Shown here in pieces: positions 1 through 12,577 of a stretch of DNA of 64,000 bases. This DNA is from Mytilus californianus (taxonomy: Eukaryota). The notes under the pieces are model-generated. The model worked only from the letters and a program-made list of their open reading frames with translations. It made no database searches and was not told the origin of the DNA. Where the stretch lies: contig NW_026262679.1 of NCBI RefSeq assembly GCF_021869535.1, positions 92,775,982 through 92,839,981 of the forward strand, given 5' to 3'. Within the stretch, counting starts at the first letter, position 1. Each line of letters starts with the position of its first letter. The position numbers were made by a program, and so were the translations under genes.

Positions 1-32
1 GGATTGCTTTTCCGGCGATGGCATCAACAATT
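1..32 (+). CDS. Tentative partial exon of the WD40-repeat gene at the window edge, phase-compatible with the next exon
   Basis: Open frame DCFSGDGINN ends at a GT (33-34, 'gttaag'). Ending in phase 1, it joins exon 350-527 in frame. It is too short to verify. Confidence 0.2.
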
Positions 33-349
33 GTTAAGTTTTCTGCTTAAGTTAGTTTGATAGGAACTACTTGTGATAGATCATTGATATCTAATATAAA
101 GTTGCATTACTATCAGTACATATCAGTTTGACAACTATTTTGAGGCCCTTCCCCCTAGGACATGGTCCAGTGACTGTATTAAATTGTTGAGAAACATAGT
201 GAAATAAAAATTTGACTTTACCTCGTAAAAAGCACAAGGGAAAACTTGAATAGCTGGCCATTTTTCCTGTTACTAAAGTTTGTATAATAGATTTTATATT
301 TTTGGGTTGATATAAGTATACTATATATTCACTATTTTATGATTTTCAG

Positions 350-527
350 GCATACAAGTAGAAGAATTACATAATTTACTAAGTATACACGACATATTGA
401 CAAATGATAAATTCAAAATGGACGATATAAGAAACATTAAATTGACACCTGAACAGATGTTGCCTGCTGCTGTGTTCGGTCACTTGAGGAGGTCCCTAGA
501 GACATTCCTGAACCCAACTGACAGTTG
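350..527 (+). CDS. WD40-repeat gene exon (pre-WD region), ...IQVEELHNLLSIHDILTNDKFKMDDIRNIKLTPEQMLPAAVFGHLRRSLETFLNPTDSW
   Basis: Acceptor ttttcAG at 348-349 and donor GTAAGT at 528. Only one frame is open. The end phase matches the next exon. Confidence 0.7.
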
Positions 528-1004
528 GTAAGTCTTCTATATTTTCATAAAGGTGTAACGTTCAAGACAATGATTTGCTATCCTTTTTTCACCCATTAAT
601 TCTAAGTAAAATCAAAAGTCTTGAGATGTCAGTAACTCTTGAAATGAGTATTTTATCTTTTGAAGGAGTGATAATTGTAAATATTCTCAAAATGTTTTAG
701 TCGAAATCTTGTCCTTCTTTCCTTGTTTATAGCATCACAAAATGTAACTAATCACCATATTTTTTCTTGTGATGAGCAACCCTTCTATAGCCATCTGTTG
801 AGGATGAAAAGCTTACCCTTTTGGAGTGCCTTATTTCACCACCATGTTTCTTTGTGTGCATAATTTGTATTATGTTTTCATCCGTTTTCTGTAGTGTTTT
901 GAAAGCTGTTTTGTCTATTTTGTCCTTTTTTGTGGTACTGTCTGTCCTTTAACTTAAATGTGTGACAGCCTCATTGCTATATTCTTATGTTTTTATAATA
1001 ACAG

Positions 1005-1111
1005 GAACAGTAGACTAACACTGGCTCATAAAGACATAGAGGCTGCAGTGAGACAGAGGTACATGAAGGGTTCTTCAGACTTGGAAACTAAATACCATTC
1101 TCTGCTGGCAG
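1005..1111 (+). CDS. WD40-repeat gene exon: NSRLTLAHKDIEAAVRQRYMKGSSDLETKYHSLLAG
   Basis: Acceptor AG at 1003-1004 and donor GTAAGT at 1112. Phase is continuous with the flanking exons. Confidence 0.75.
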
Positions 1112-1777
1112 GTAAGTACATACAAAATATGTTATTTTTATTACCATATGCTAGCCTTCTAGGTTACCCAGTCATTATTCAACAGTGAAACAGATTAATT
1201 TGTCATCAATTCATGAATTTATTGTAAACTTCGAAATTTTCTTCAGGGGTGTATTTTTGCTAATATTCCCCCTTGTACATTTAATCTTAAAGGAGGATTA
1301 CAATAAGGAACTAAGAATTTATAGAAAACATGGAAATATAATCTCCCATAAAGGTTTTGTCCTAGAAATCTTAAAATTTTTACTCCTCAAATTTTTGAAT
1401 TGTTGACCTTTGAAGTTGTAAGAGTAGACAGCTCTGTTGTACAACACTACAACTTTTAATATGAATTAGTTAAATGACAAAATTTACATAAGTTAAGGTG
1501 CAATAAAAATCAGTAAAGGACAGCACTTTCCTCTCAAATACCAGAATAATTAGATTTGTTTCAGTGTGGATTGTTACAATTTCTAGATCACTGAACAGCA
1601 AGAGTAACAGAAAAATTTATAGAAAAACCAATATGAAACATCTTCTTTGGCAAAAAACTCCTACGAGGTGAAAATAATTTTTCCATTTTTATCTACTTTT
1701 ATATCACAAGTAACACTTGTTCTTGAAGTTGAAAAGTGATGCATTGATCTTAACTTTTATTTTTTGTATTTTGATAG

Positions 1778-1866
1778 GCTACTTTTTCCAACTGGCTGAT
1801 CCAGGCAAAACCAATAGTTTCAGTGGAAATGATCCTAGAGCCTTTACAGAACTGCCATTCCATTTG
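1778..1866 (+). CDS. WD40-repeat gene exon: YFFQLADPGKTNSFSGNDPRAFTELPFHL
   Basis: Acceptor tgatAG at 1776-1777 and donor GTGAGT at 1867. Phase 1 in, phase 0 out. Confidence 0.75.
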
Positions 1867-2269
1867 GTGAGTGTGTATTTTATAGTGGTCAAGTTTCAGA
1901 GAAACTAAATTTTATACATGCAGCAAAAGTATGGGCTATATTGCATTTATCTTGTCTATTTGTTCATCCAACAATTATTTCCGTCATTTTTTTCTCAGGT
2001 CATCCTGGACCGAATGACTTCATATTTAGTCAGCAGCTTGACTGTGATGAGTTGTAATGTGTTAGCATTTTTCACATAAGTTGGACACATACTATTACTT
2101 CTTGTTTTCCTATCCTTTAATTGTTCAATGTATTGAATATACTAAAATAAAATCTTCATACATTTCTTAGTACTACTGAATAGATTTTTTTCATGTTTGG
2201 TCAGCAGCTTAACAGTGATGAGTTGTAACATGTGAACATTATTCGGAATTGTTAGTTACCTACTTCCTG

Positions 2270-2350
2270 TTTGACAATACTTTGAATTACGAATGTTGGG
2301 TATGCTTAAAACAACAACAATTACTTTGAATTACGATTGTTGGGTATGCT
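2270..2350. repeat. Local tandem duplication of about 44 bp (two units) in an intron
   Basis: 'tttgaattacga(a/t)tgttgggtatgctta(a/g)aacaacaaca'. Confidence 0.6.
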
Positions 2351-2628
2351 TAGAACAACAACAACAGCATTCTTGTTTAATCTAAAACGGTTATTCAAAA
2401 TTAAGATTTGCTGCTCACTTCCAAAATTAAGTTTACATTAAATTTTCTTTACACTTAAACAAAAAGAAGACCTGTTTCAAAATATGAGGTCATACTCTCA
2501 TTTCAGTCTGCAGTAAGTCAAGAGAGATGAAATTAAAATTACACTGTTTTAATACTATGATATATAAAATGTTTTGTGTAACAATAATTTGCTGAACTTT
2601 TAATATGATGCTTCTTTTTATATTATAG

Positions 2629-2743
2629 GTTTATTGTGGTGAATTTAAAGAGCTACAACGTTTACTTTGTAATCTGAATTTCATACACGCCAAATGTCAG
2701 CTAGGATTGGCCACACATTTAATGGATGACTATCAAGATAAAG
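2629..2743 (+). CDS. WD40-repeat gene exon: VYCGEFKELQRLLCNLNFIHAKCQLGLATHLMDDYQDK
   Basis: Acceptor tattatAG at 2627-2628 and donor GTAAAA at 2744. The frame is open. Confidence 0.75.
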
Positions 2744-3689
2744 GTAAAAAAATATACATTACCTGTCTGTATCCCTTCACATGCATAACAATTTTTATGA
2801 AGAAGAGAAATATAATAAGATAAAATTTTGAAACCAAAATTGATTTGACAGAACAGGATTACATTGGTTGCAATGAATTACTATGATTTCCCAGTCAAGT
2901 AAAAACAGATAATTTCATATGTGAAAACTTTTCCAATTAAATCACTCCTCTGACATTATACTATAATGGTTGTTGTTACATCAAAAAGCAGCAGGAACGT
3001 AAAGATAAGATAAGAACACTTTATTTTGATTCGGCATAAGTTAAAAGACATAACACAAGCTCTAAGGAGCTTTTGACGGAATATAAAAACATATACATAA
3101 CATAAAAACAGTCTAATTTGACATATAAAACAATCTGTTATACGAAGTTAAATCTCACTTACATAGCATGCAATAAAAAATTTAGCAACAAATTTAAAAT
3201 GAAATAAAACATGCTAGACCAGAGCAATCAAAAGCAACATAAATAATAAACATCTCCAGAATTATCTGCAAGCAGAACAGTGACATTTCAAACCGTTCCA
3301 GGACTGAACAAGACTTTTAAAATGTGAAAAACTATTTTCAGTCCTGAACGTGTTTTAAAAAATATATAGTTCCTTGCATTTTCTGCTTTATCTACATTGA
3401 AAGTAAATGTAATAAAAAGAATAATAGTAAGAGGTCAATTAAAGCCTGGTAGTTTAATCTTACCCTCTCCTTTGAAATGTTATCTTACTGTCCTGTATGA
3501 ACTTTTAATTGATAGAAATATTAAAGTTTCCCCAACTGAAAGTTTTTACATTATCACAAAGCAAATTTGCTATTATTTACAAATATAGGCTTCTTTCTGT
3601 TATTTGGGGTGAATATATCCCACATGTTTTATATTCTGATATCCAAATCTATCTTCCATTATAAAGTAAAATGTTTTGATTGTTTTCAG

Positions 3690-3795
3690 CACTGACAAAC
3701 AAAGCATCCGAGAGAGAACAGAACAAAATGATGAACACGGAGGAAGTCAAACAATACAAAATGTTTGTATCCAGACAGATACATGTATTGAATGG
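3690..3795 (+). CDS. WD40-repeat gene exon: ALTNKASEREQNKMMNTEEVKQYKMFVSRQIHVLNG
   Basis: Acceptor ttttcAG at 3688-3689 and donor GTATGT at 3796. Phase is consistent. Confidence 0.75.
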
Positions 3796-3877
3796 GTATG
3801 TAGATTAATTATCTCAGGGCTAGTCTATTAGAATGAATGTGAAATGATAGAAAGGGAATATAAGAATAAGAAGATGT

Positions 3878-4050
3878 GGTATGATTCCCAATGAGTCAAC
3901 TCTCCACAAGAGACCAAATGACAAAAAAATTAACAAATATAGGTCACTGTACGGCCTTCAACAATGAGCAAAATCCATACCGCATAGTCAGCTATAAAAA
4001 GCCCCGAAATGTAAAACAATTCAAACGAGAAAAAACTAAGTTTATTTGTG
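3878..4050 (+). mobile_element. SINE-like repeat, head-only copy in a WD40-gene intron
   Basis: 'gtggtatgattcccaatgagtcaactctccacaagagaccaaatgac...ggccttcaacaatgagcaaaatccataccgcatagtcagctataaaaagcccc'. Confidence 0.65.
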
Positions 4051-4423
4051 GACATGGTCCTTGGTCATTTGGTTATTGAAGGATTTATGGACATTACCCA
4101 TTTGATGCATGCAAAATTACTCAAAGAAATTATATTGGTTGGTGAGGGGGTTGCATTTGGAAGCCCATTTTCAACACTCCCACTGTTGTCCATCCAAACA
4201 GCATTCACCAGTTTAAACCTTTAAAAAATCTGTTTCTCAAGAACGAATGACCGATTTGAAACGAAACCTTACTAATGCCATCAGATGCGATGTGGATTGA
4301 GTACTTGATTTTAATATCCACACTCATGTAAAGATTTTAGTGAATTTAATTCATTATTTGTAGTAGGTCTTAATTTTGAATAAGATATTTTTATATAATT
4401 TAATGCTTGTTACTTTATTTCAG

Positions 4424-4592
4424 ATATCCTGCATTGACTTGGCAGCAAGCTATCAATGAGCCTGACGCATCTAGAGTTCACAAGGATGCTATTGATAGTG
4501 GAGAGGTGACTAAGAGTCAAGGATACATGTCATGGAATAACAAACCAAACACAACTGATCCATGTTATATGACCATCAGTAATCTGCCTCAG
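4424..4592 (+). CDS. WD40-repeat gene exon: YPALTWQQAINEPDASRVHKDAIDSGEVTKSQGYMSWNNKPNTTDPCYMTISNLPQ
   Basis: Acceptor tttcAG at 4422-4423 and donor GTAATG at 4593. It lies inside track ORF 4407-4697. Confidence 0.8.
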
Positions 4593-4975
4593 GTAATGTT
4601 AAACTGGGCTATTGACCTTTTTATGCCCCACCTAGGGGCATTATATTTTCGGTCTATGTGTCTGTCCATATATTTTTTGTCTAGGAAGTTAATATAAGAT
4701 TATTAAACATTAGATAAAACTCAAAAGTTACTTTTAAGTAGAATTAAATGCAAGGTCTAACACGTGTATTTATTATCACATTTTTCGCAAGAGCTGCAAA
4801 TCAGAGCTTCCTGAAATTTTGCGTCAAGCATGTTTTGAGTAATCATTTGATAATTTGTGTACTCAGTCATTAGGGTCTATCAGTGACATTTAAATTGTTT
4901 AGTTAATTGTCAAAGGAAATTGAAGTCCTGTACAGGTGATTATCAATTATATGAATTTGTGATCTCTCCTCAGAG

Positions 4976-6757
4976 TTTTTATATGACCGCAAAAATTTTT
5001 GCGGTCGTATATTGGTATGACGTTGGCGTCATCGTCGTCGTTGTTGTCTTCGTCCTGCGTCATCCGAAGACACATTGGTTTTCGCACTCTAACTTTAGTT
5101 TAAGTGAATGGATCTCTATGAAATTTTACCATAAGGTTCAATACCACAAAAAGAAGGTTGGGATTGATTTTGGGGGTTATGGTACTAACAGTTAAGGAAT
5201 TAGGGGCCAAAAAGGGGCCAAAAATAAGCATTTTTGTAACTTCCAGACAAAACTTGTGTGTTAGTGTATGGATCTCTCTGACATTGTACCACAAGGTTCC
5301 ATATCACAAAGGGAATGCTGGGATTGATTTTGGGGGTAATTGCCTCAAAATATTAGGAATTAGGGGCCAAAAAAGGGGCAAAAAACAAGCATTTTTCTAG
5401 TTTCATGACAATAACTTGTGTGAAAGTGTATCCATCTTTCTGAAATTGTACTACAAGGTTCCATATCACAAAGGGAAAGCTGGGTTTGAGTTTGGGGGTA
5501 ATTGCCCGAAACGTTTAGGAATAAGGGGCCAAAAAGGGGCCAAAAATAAGCATTTTTCTAGTTTCCAGACAATAACTTGTGTTCAAGTGTATGGATCTCT
5601 CTGAAATTGTACTGCAAGGTACCATACCACAAAGGGAAGGCTGGGATTGAGTTTGGGGGTGATGAATCATAAGGGGGTTCAAAAAATTGGGGGGGGGGGG
5701 ATTTTTTTTTTTTCCTTTTTTTTTTCTTTTAAAATTTTCCATTTTAAGTTGGTTATTTCTGATTTATATTTAAAAGCAAATAACAATGATATGGTAGGAG
5801 ATACACACCAAACAGGATGTGTAAATTATTATATAATAAGTATTGTGCAATAGCAAGAAATTTTCAATTGCACAGTATTGCACAATAGCAAGAAATCTTC
5901 AATTGCACAGTATTGCGCAATAGCAAGAAATCTTTAATTGCACAGTATTGCGCAATAGCAAGAAATATCCAATAGCACAATATTGCGCAATAGCAAGAAA
6001 TTGTCAATTGTGCAGTATTGCGCAAAAGAAGATACTTCGTATAAATTGCTTATTTCTTGACCAATTTCAATGGGGTTTTATTCTTGAATTCTTGGGGTTC
6101 TTTAATATGCTGAATCTAACCGTGTATTAAGTTTTTGGATTTTGGGCCCCATTTTTAAATTGGTCCACATTGAGGTCCAAAGGGTCCAAAATTAAACTAA
6201 GTTTGATTTCATCAAAAATTGAATTCTTAGGGTTCTTTGATATGCTGAATCTAAACATGTATTTAGATTTTTGATTATGGGCCCAGTTTTCAAGTTGGTC
6301 CAAATCGGGGTCCAAAATTAAACTTTGTTTGATTTCAACAAAAATTGAATATATGGGGTTATTTGATATGCTGAATCTAACCATGTATTTAGATTTTTGA
6401 TTTTTGGGCCCCGTTATCATTTTTGTCCACATTGAGGTCAAAAGGGTCCAAAATTAAACTTTGTTTGATTTCATCAAAAATTGAATTCTTGGGGTTCTTT
6501 GATATGCTGAATCTAACCATGTATTTAGATTTTGGATATTGGACCATAATAGGTGAATGTCCAATTTAAAATTTTTAAGTTCTTAGACCACATTCATTCT
6601 GTGTCAGAAACCTATGCTGTGTCAAATATTTAATCACAATCCAAATTCAGAGCTGTATCAAGCTTGAATGTTGTGTCCATACTTGCCCCAACTGTTCAGG
6701 GTTCGACCCCTGCGGTCGTATCAAGCTGCGCCCTGCGGAGCATTTTATTTTTTATTT
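4976..6757 (+). mobile_element. Composite non-autonomous element, family A, copy 1. Its parts in order: hairpin head, GTC-rich microsatellite, roughly 146-bp satellite in 4 units, G/T homopolymer, 35-bp repeat array, roughly 135-bp satellite in about 4 units, conserved tail.
   Basis: Head palindrome 'gaccgcaaaaatttttgcggtcgtata'. The tail reads '...ccccaactgttcagggttcgacccctgcggtcgtatcaagctgcgccctgcggagcattttatt'. It shares the same ordered modules with 12493-14585 and 25882-29300. Confidence 0.8.
5843..6035. repeat. 35-bp tandem repeat (about 6 units), each unit near-palindromic. The same array occurs at 13388-13610 and 26793-27020.
   Basis: 'tattgcgcaatagcaagaaatcttcaattgcacag' is repeated directly with no spacers. 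Confidence 0.85.
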
Positions 6758-6778
6758 GTATATTATTTTTTTTAATAG

Positions 6779-6874
6779 CCAGTGACTTGTGTAGCTGTAT
6801 CCAAAGATAGCAGATACTTTGCCTGTGGTGGAATGGACTGTATGGTCAGACTGTATGATTTCAATACAGGAAAG
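6779..6874 (+). CDS. WD40-repeat gene exon, first clear WD repeat: PVTCVAVSKDSRYFACGGMDCMVRLYDFNTGK
   Basis: Acceptor ttaatAG at 6777-6778 and donor GTAAAT at 6875. It is 32 codons long and in phase 0. Confidence 0.8.
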
Positions 6875-7230
6875 GTAAATAAGGTTCTGTTAAAATGAAT
6901 AAAAGGTGCTGTGAGGTATACATCAGTGAGGAAATAACAAAAAACACCCAATAAAAAACCAGAAGACATCTTTATTGATAACATATGGTCTTCAACAATA
7001 TGTAAGTCTCTCTACAATATGCCAAGCTCAAACTAGTCCTGTGTCTAGAAAACTACCAAATTTTCTGGACTGTAAATCTATGAGGTGGATAGGTGGAAGG
7101 GTTGATTTTTTTTTGGCCAGAATCCTGGAAAAATCTTACGACAGGTCAAAGTGACGGATAAGTTAAGGGTCCAAAATGTATCCACTGATAAGTTTTGGTA
7201 AGTATAAGCTCAAGAAAGAATGTATTTTAT

Positions 7231-8112
7231 TAGTCCCCTACCCACGAAGTTGAAAAGGACTTATGGTTTGCACTCTGTCCGAGTGTCTGTCTGTCTGTCC
7301 ATCAGTCAGTCCGGCAAATCAGTTTTCCACACTTTTTTTCTTCATGCTTGAAGATATTGATTTGATATTTGGTATATAGTTTTATCATGACTAGTTACAG
7401 ATCAAGTTCAAATTTTGTTCCGGTCTGATGATTTTGTGCAGAGTTATGGTCCTTGGACTTAGGAAATTCACGCAAGTAAAAGTTTTCCACACTTTTTTTT
7501 GTCATGCTTAAAGATATTGATTTGATATTTGGTATATAGTTTTATCATGACTAGTTACAGATCAAGGTCGAATTTTGTTCTGGTCTGATGATTTTATGCT
7601 GAGTTATGGTCCTTGGACTTAAAAAATTCACGCAAGTTATCAGTTTTCTGCACTTTTTTTGTCATGCTTAAAGGTATTAATTTGATTTTTGGTATATAGT
7701 TTTATCATGACTAGTTACAGATCAAGTTCAAATATTGTTGCGGTCTGATGATTTCGAGCAGAGTTATGGTCCTTGGACTTAAAAAAATTCAAGAAAGTAA
7801 ACAGTTTTCCGCATTTTTTTTCAACATGCTTGAAGATATTGATTTGATATTTGGTATATAGTTTTACCATGACAAGTTACAGATCAAGTTCAAATTTGGT
7901 TCAGTTCGGATGATTTTGTTTGGCAGAGTTATGGTCCTTGAACTTAGAAAATTCACTCAAATAATCTGTTTTCCACACTTTTTTTTGTTATGCTTGAACA
8001 TGTTGAAGATATTGATTTGATATTTGTTATAAAGTTTACACCATGACAAGTTATAGATCAAGTTAAAATTTTGTCCAAGTACAATGGATTTTTAACCGGA
8101 AGGGGACTATGT
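7231..8112 (+). mobile_element. TIR-flanked element carrying a GTC-rich microsatellite and an internal tandem array of about 125 bp in about 6 units
   Basis: The TIR is 'tagtcccctaccc' at 7231 and 'ggaaggggacta' at 8098, with a possible TA target duplication. The internal unit is 'cagttttccacactttttttgtcatgcttaaagatattgatttgatatttggtatatagttttatcatgactagttacagatcaag...'. Confidence 0.65.
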
Positions 8113-8488
8113 ATTGCCATGCAATACTCTCAGAATGCTTGTTCTATTTAAAATGCAATACTCTTAAATTTACGACTTTCAAGATAATATTCTGTTTGCA
8201 AAATAAAGCCGCAGTTACTTTGTATATGATCAGGTTAGCCATAATGCAAAATCTAAATTGCTTTCCCCATAATGTGCCGCAATTCATACTGTTTAAAACA
8301 TTTGTCATCTGTTTAGGACATCATATTATTTTAATTTGATTTATTTGTTTTGGGGGATTTTTTTGTTGTTTTCCAATCTCTCCATACATTTATATGCTTA
8401 TTTTTCTAGGCAATGCATACGTTTAATAGAACATGTATCTATTAATTTCAACCTTTAGAAGACATACTACTTACTTTATTGTTTTTAG

Positions 8489-8613
8489 GAGCTCCATACA
8501 TTTAGAGGTCATGCTAATGCTATCACCAGTGTGTGTTTTGTTGGACAGTCCATGTTATGTAGTGCTGGATTAGACAATGCTGTCAGTGTTTGGCATATAG
8601 ATCAAGGTCACAG
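8489..8613 (+). CDS. WD40-repeat gene exon: ELHTFRGHANAITSVCFVGQSMLCSAGLDNAVSVWHIDQGHR
   Basis: Acceptor ttttAG at 8487-8488 and donor GTACTT at 8614. It carries a GH...VW WD40 signature. Confidence 0.85.
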
Positions 8614-11311
8614 GTACTTTCAAATATCCTTTTGATTTTTATAGATAGTTTTGATAATTTGTAGACTTATTCAAGAACAATTAAGTTTCCAATATCTTTT
8701 GGACTTCAAAGGAGTAAGTTCATGAAGGCTTAAATTTGGCCCTAAGATTTTGATGTGTTTTTAATCAGGCCAAAATACTACAAATTTCACATAGAAATAG
8801 TTGTGATATAACTATTAATACAAAAAACTTCTTTTTGGCACTTCTCATTTAAAACGACGAAGAAATGGCCCCTCAAGTATGCATTATTTATGTTGTAACG
8901 TCAGTTTCGGTCAAATTTTTCTTAACAGTTTTTAACATAAATAACTTTGGCTGCCACCCCTGATCCTTTTGTGTCGGTATTCAATATCATCATTGGCAAC
9001 TTTTGGCTACTTGACATTTTGGATCCTAGGTTGGGGCGAAGGGTTTCTTCAATCTTTTAGGGTTGAAATATTCACACAATCATCGTTTTTGGACAATATA
9101 TCCAAAATGTACTGACTTTGAAACCTGGAATGCAGCCTTATGAAGAGACTTGTTTAACCTAGTAGTAAGGCTTTTGAAATAGATCCATTTAATAACCAAA
9201 TATTGGCCATTTTGAAATTTTATGATAAACTTGAAATTCAAGGCCATATTTGGCTTAAGGTAGCACTACAGTCTAACAATGATTTTTTGAAGATATTTTT
9301 TTTATCACATAATTTTGAAGTAAGTATTATTCTGCACAGTTTGTAAAAATCCCAAAGTCATTATCATATCACAACAGGGAGTAAATTGATAATGAACTTA
9401 TGTAAATAAAAGCACATGTAATTGATCTAAATATATAGGCATTTGGGAGGGGCTAATATGTCAATCATCTGTTGATACCAGTGTCCAGCTGTTAATCCCT
9501 GACCACAAGATAAATATCTCATTGCATTGCAACAAAACTAATTTATAAAACATGGAAGTTTAGAACAGAGAAAAAGAAAAAGATATGAATAGGAAAAAAT
9601 TTAAAGGGAAAAAATCTACCAAAATGAAAAAAAAACTATGGAAAAGAGTGTGAAAGTATCTTTGAAAGCCTCTGACTGCCTGTATAAATTTCTCGTCTTT
9701 GGTCTTCTACATTTAAAAATAATTTTAGGCATTTTAACTAATTTTAAGTTTATGTGAAATTTTTTCATTCCATGAAACTCATAAATCATGTTGGACAGTC
9801 TATTTTCAAGAAGGGGATGGTCTTGATCTTTTTATGGACATGTATTTTAATTTTAATATTTTAGCTAATTTCAGTCATCATGGTCATATTATATTTCTTT
9901 TTAAAATTCAAATGAAAAGTATTCTTTATAGTGAGAATAATGATGTTAAATATTAATTATGATGCAGCTGGCCAATCCTGTTATTCTCTTATCTTAGACT
10001 GTCTTTTCAGAGGCGGAGCTTTGTCTTTATTTAATTACTACATCACAGATGTTGGTCAAATCTGTGACGTCAAACTCCCGCCAAATGCCAAGTTAGTGTT
10101 ACACAGTGCACACAAAATGCAAATTTTACAGCATTAGAGCATCAAAGACACAATGTTTAGTGGTTCTATTGATAAAGTAATGGTGTCAAAACCCTCCTGG
10201 GGTGTTCCCAGTGGAATTTTTGTATTTATGTGGCATTTATAGGGGTTCTTAAGAGGAAATTCAGTTTTAAGGTCATTTCTCAGAATAATTTTTCATGAGA
10301 ATTGTAAGGAAAAAATGAAAATAGAAACGTTATGGGTACCCCCTTTGTCTTGACTTTGATATATGTGATTGAAGGGAGTATTTTCTACAATACCGTGTCC
10401 CAGTTTTTGGATAATTTGTTTCTAAATGAATTTATAGGTCTCCAAAGATGAAAGGTGAAATGAGGTTTGGCATCCAGCAGTAAAAATAATATATCTTATT
10501 ACTGGAGGCATATATCAAAAATCTGATACACGGTTTTGTAGATTGTGAATGGTTGATTAAAGGGATGAAAACAAATTTTTACTACCATTTGACCTGAATG
10601 TGCCATTTTCATCCAAGTTGGAAGACCACTTTATTGGCAATTAAGGAGCTATATTTTGAGATTAATCATACCAAAAATAAATTTATCTATAGATTAAGAA
10701 AGAGTTATATTTCAGCTTTAAAATGAATTAAAGATTTTAAAAATCCATTGAGTAGTTTTGGAGAAATTAATCTTTAAAGACTGTTGGTTGGAGTCAGAAA
10801 ATTCTGACTGTAGTGCTACCTTAAAGAGAACCTTGTCCATTAGACCACAATCTTAAATTTACTAATTAAGAAAATCAATTACATGTTAATTAATTACATT
10901 TCACAGTCTCAAAAATTATCCCTGACCCTATCAGGACTAAAGTAATGAGATTCCCATAATGCAACATCATTTCTGAATTTGTCCATTTTACTATGTATAT
11001 CATCCTCCATTTACTAGATGAATAGATCCAAAATGTTTAGATAGTTGTTCAAGTCGTAATGTTTGCTTTGCATAGTATATCCAACCAGGTAATTTAAATG
11101 ATCTTAGGATCAATTATGACCTTGATACATTAACATATTTCATTTTTAAAAATGATTGATTATTTTCTAAAAGCAGATGACACAGATGTCTTTACCCTTG
11201 CAAAGGTGAAAACATTTTTGCGATATCTTTCAGATTTATGTAAAATTATGGTGATTAAAAAGGAAAAATATTGTTAAATTTAGACTTTAAGAAAGTGTGT
11301 TTTTTTTGTAG

Positions 11312-11461
11312 GATACATGTTTTGAGTCAGCACAATAGAAGAGTACAGTCAGTTGCCTCAGACAAGGCTGGAAAATTCATTGCATCAGCTTCATGGGATT
11401 GTACTGTGAAAGTATGGAATGCTGTTAAAGGGGACAAATCTTGTGAATTATTGGTTGGAAG
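11312..11461 (+). CDS. WD40-repeat gene exon: IHVLSQHNRRVQSVASDKAGKFIASASWDCTVKVWNAVKGDKSCELLVG
   Basis: Acceptor ttgtAG at 11310-11311 and donor GTAAGA at 11462. It falls inside track ORF 11271-11465 and contains the WD motif 'SWDCTVKVW'. Confidence 0.85.
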
Positions 11462-11597
11462 GTAAGAAAAATTAAAATCTTGTACCCTTCACAAATATTT
11501 GATATGGATTTATGATTGTTTATGGGTATATAGAGATGTACAAAAACATTGTGATATTTGTGCAAATTAAGATAGAAAGGGTAAAACAAGAAAAAAG

Positions 11598-11812
11598 TAC
11601 TGTAAATTCAGAAATTATTACGATGTCTTTATTATTGCGAAAAATGCGATAGGGTTATAATCGCAATAATTTAAACTCGCATTTTGAAATTTTTTTTGTG
11701 AATTAAACAGGATTTTTCTCAATATCGCAAAAATTAAAATCGTATTTTAGTCTAAAATGACAAAATCGCAATAATAAATGCACGCAATAATTTCTGAATT
11801 TACAGTATCCAC
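11598..11812. mobile_element. MITE of about 215 bp with TIR 'ctgtaaattcagaaattatt(a/g)cg'
   Basis: Left end 'ctgtaaattcagaaattattacgatg' and right end 'gcacgcaataatttctgaatttacag'. It lies in the intron between exons 11312-11461 and 11918-12023. Confidence 0.65.
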
Positions 11813-11917
11813 AAAAATAAGTTTAACAGTATAAAATTTCAAAGTTAAATTTCTACAGAAATCAAATGTAAAGCTGTTACCATGTACAATTTATATTGAT
11901 TCCTGTGTCAATTTCAG

Positions 11918-12023
11918 CCAAGTGAACTGTGTTGACTTCCACCCAGAAGGTCAGCTGATCGTTACGGGAAGCTGGGATGCAACACTGAAGATCTGGGATA
12001 TATTCCACAGAAAAAGAAAAGCT
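11918..12023 (+). CDS. WD40-repeat gene exon: QVNCVDFHPEGQLIVTGSWDATLKIWDIFHRKRKA
   Basis: Acceptor tttcAG at 11916-11917. The donor GTATGT at 12024 is assigned with less certainty. The WD motif is 'SWDATLKIWD'. Confidence 0.7.
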
Positions 12024-12492
12024 GTATGTATTGCATTGGATATTTAAGGATGTATTTCCATGTTTATAGGAATCTTGTAAAAACATAAACCAGATATTCA
12101 AGGGAATGGAAACATAATTAAAACATTGTGGGGGTATTTTAGATAATTTTGAAGACTTCTTTTACATTAGGGGTCCCTTAATTTAAGGTTTAGGGCAGGG
12201 CTTCCAAAATTATTTTTAGCCAGCCGGACATTTTATATATTATCCTGATTTTAATCCCTTAAGACTAAATAAATAAAAGGCAATTATGGTAATCAGTTGC
12301 CGAGTTGGCCATCCGAATGATTGACATTAAAAAAAAACCGATATTAAACTTTCTTTGATTCAAATTCGAAGTTCTGACATAAACTGTTAAATTGGCAGTG
12401 CATCATTTGAAGTGTGCAACATCAGCGTACTTATATCTGCTTAGACTCTTTATTTGTGCAAAATAACGTTGTCAAAAACTTTACTTTCGTTT

Positions 12493-12545
12493 TTATACGA
12501 CCGCAAAAATTAAAAATTTTTTGGTCGTATATTGGTATGACGTTG

Positions 12546-12577
<32 letters not shown>

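Noticed and set aside
3891-4079. ORFs with a conserved '...IANETT.QQRPN...NNEQNPYRIVSY...' peptide. The same peptide appears at 47476-47748, 50555-50767 and 55966-56190.
   Set aside because: The peptide similarity simply reflects the repeated SINE-like element. No start or stop context is conserved.
5100-5742. Track ORFs on both strands inside the 146-bp repeat array, for example 5158-5400, 5416-5604, 5515-5742(-), 12949-13137, 26351-26539 and 25782-26237(-)
   Set aside because: They recur identically in each element copy and read through tandem repeat units and G/T homopolymers. They are repeat artefacts, not genes.
5843-6035. A 35-bp palindromic direct-repeat array that looks like a CRISPR repeat. 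The same array occurs at 13388-13610 and 26793-27020.
   Set aside because: The units abut directly with no unique spacers, and the arrays are internal modules of a eukaryotic transposon-like element. The whole window is clearly eukaryotic, with spliced genes.
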